This document shows, piece by piece, positions 63,976-64,000 of a stretch of DNA of 64,000 bases. The stretch lies in IMG/VR virus record IMGVR_UViG_3300027901_000001. One strand, 5' to 3'. The notes under the pieces are model-generated. The model did not search any database and had not been told where the DNA came from. It saw only the letters and a list, made by a program, of their open reading frames with translations. The DNA is from a virus. Positions within the stretch are counted from its first letter, which is position 1, and each line of letters opens with the position of its first letter. Both the position numbers and the translations under genes were made by a program.

Positions 63976-64000
63976 GCCATCCTACATATCCTACCCCCAA

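Noticed and set aside
1-64000. Long plus-strand ORFs in the track (e.g. 11234-12208, 13495-14892, 22289-23320, 47069-47929, 57367-58338)
   Set aside because: They are antisense shadows of well-supported minus-strand genes in GC-rich DNA, with no recognisable motifs or RBS.
1-64000. Alternative genetic code, tRNA/rRNA genes, integrase or att sites
   Set aside because: Genes end normally at TAA, TAG and TGA with full-length products; intergenic gaps are short and none showed a cloverleaf; no recombinase motif was seen.

Overview
The window is a contiguous piece of a large tailed dsDNA phage genome (contractile-tail, myovirus-type). Essentially all real genes are on the minus strand and tightly packed, many with overlapping stop/start codons. 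In transcription order (64 kb to 1): (1) a replication/recombination block with DnaC-like loader, DnaB-like helicase, GroES-like co-chaperonin, DnaG-type primase, gp32-like SSB, a free-standing endonuclease, SF2 helicase, MerR-like HTH, RecA, Hjc-like, Cas4-like and RuvC-like nucleases; (2) T4-type head genes: terminase, portal, protease-scaffold, major capsid protein, neck proteins; (3) tail sheath, a decoration-like block, a patatin, two tube proteins, a frameshifting tail chaperone, tape measure and baseplate; (4) a ~9 kb variable island between baseplate J and I. The strongest unexplained signals are a 14-bp palindrome GGCAGTCGACTGCC repeated five times at 10-16 kb intervals regardless of reading frame, a perfect bacterial parS site on the SF2 helicase start codon, and a four-member paralog family plus a collapsed remnant interleaved with fibre-domain genes, a beta-propeller and a radical SAM enzyme. 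No tRNA, rRNA, CRISPR array, integrase or DNA polymerase was seen. All functional calls come from motif recognition by eye; no database searches were run.
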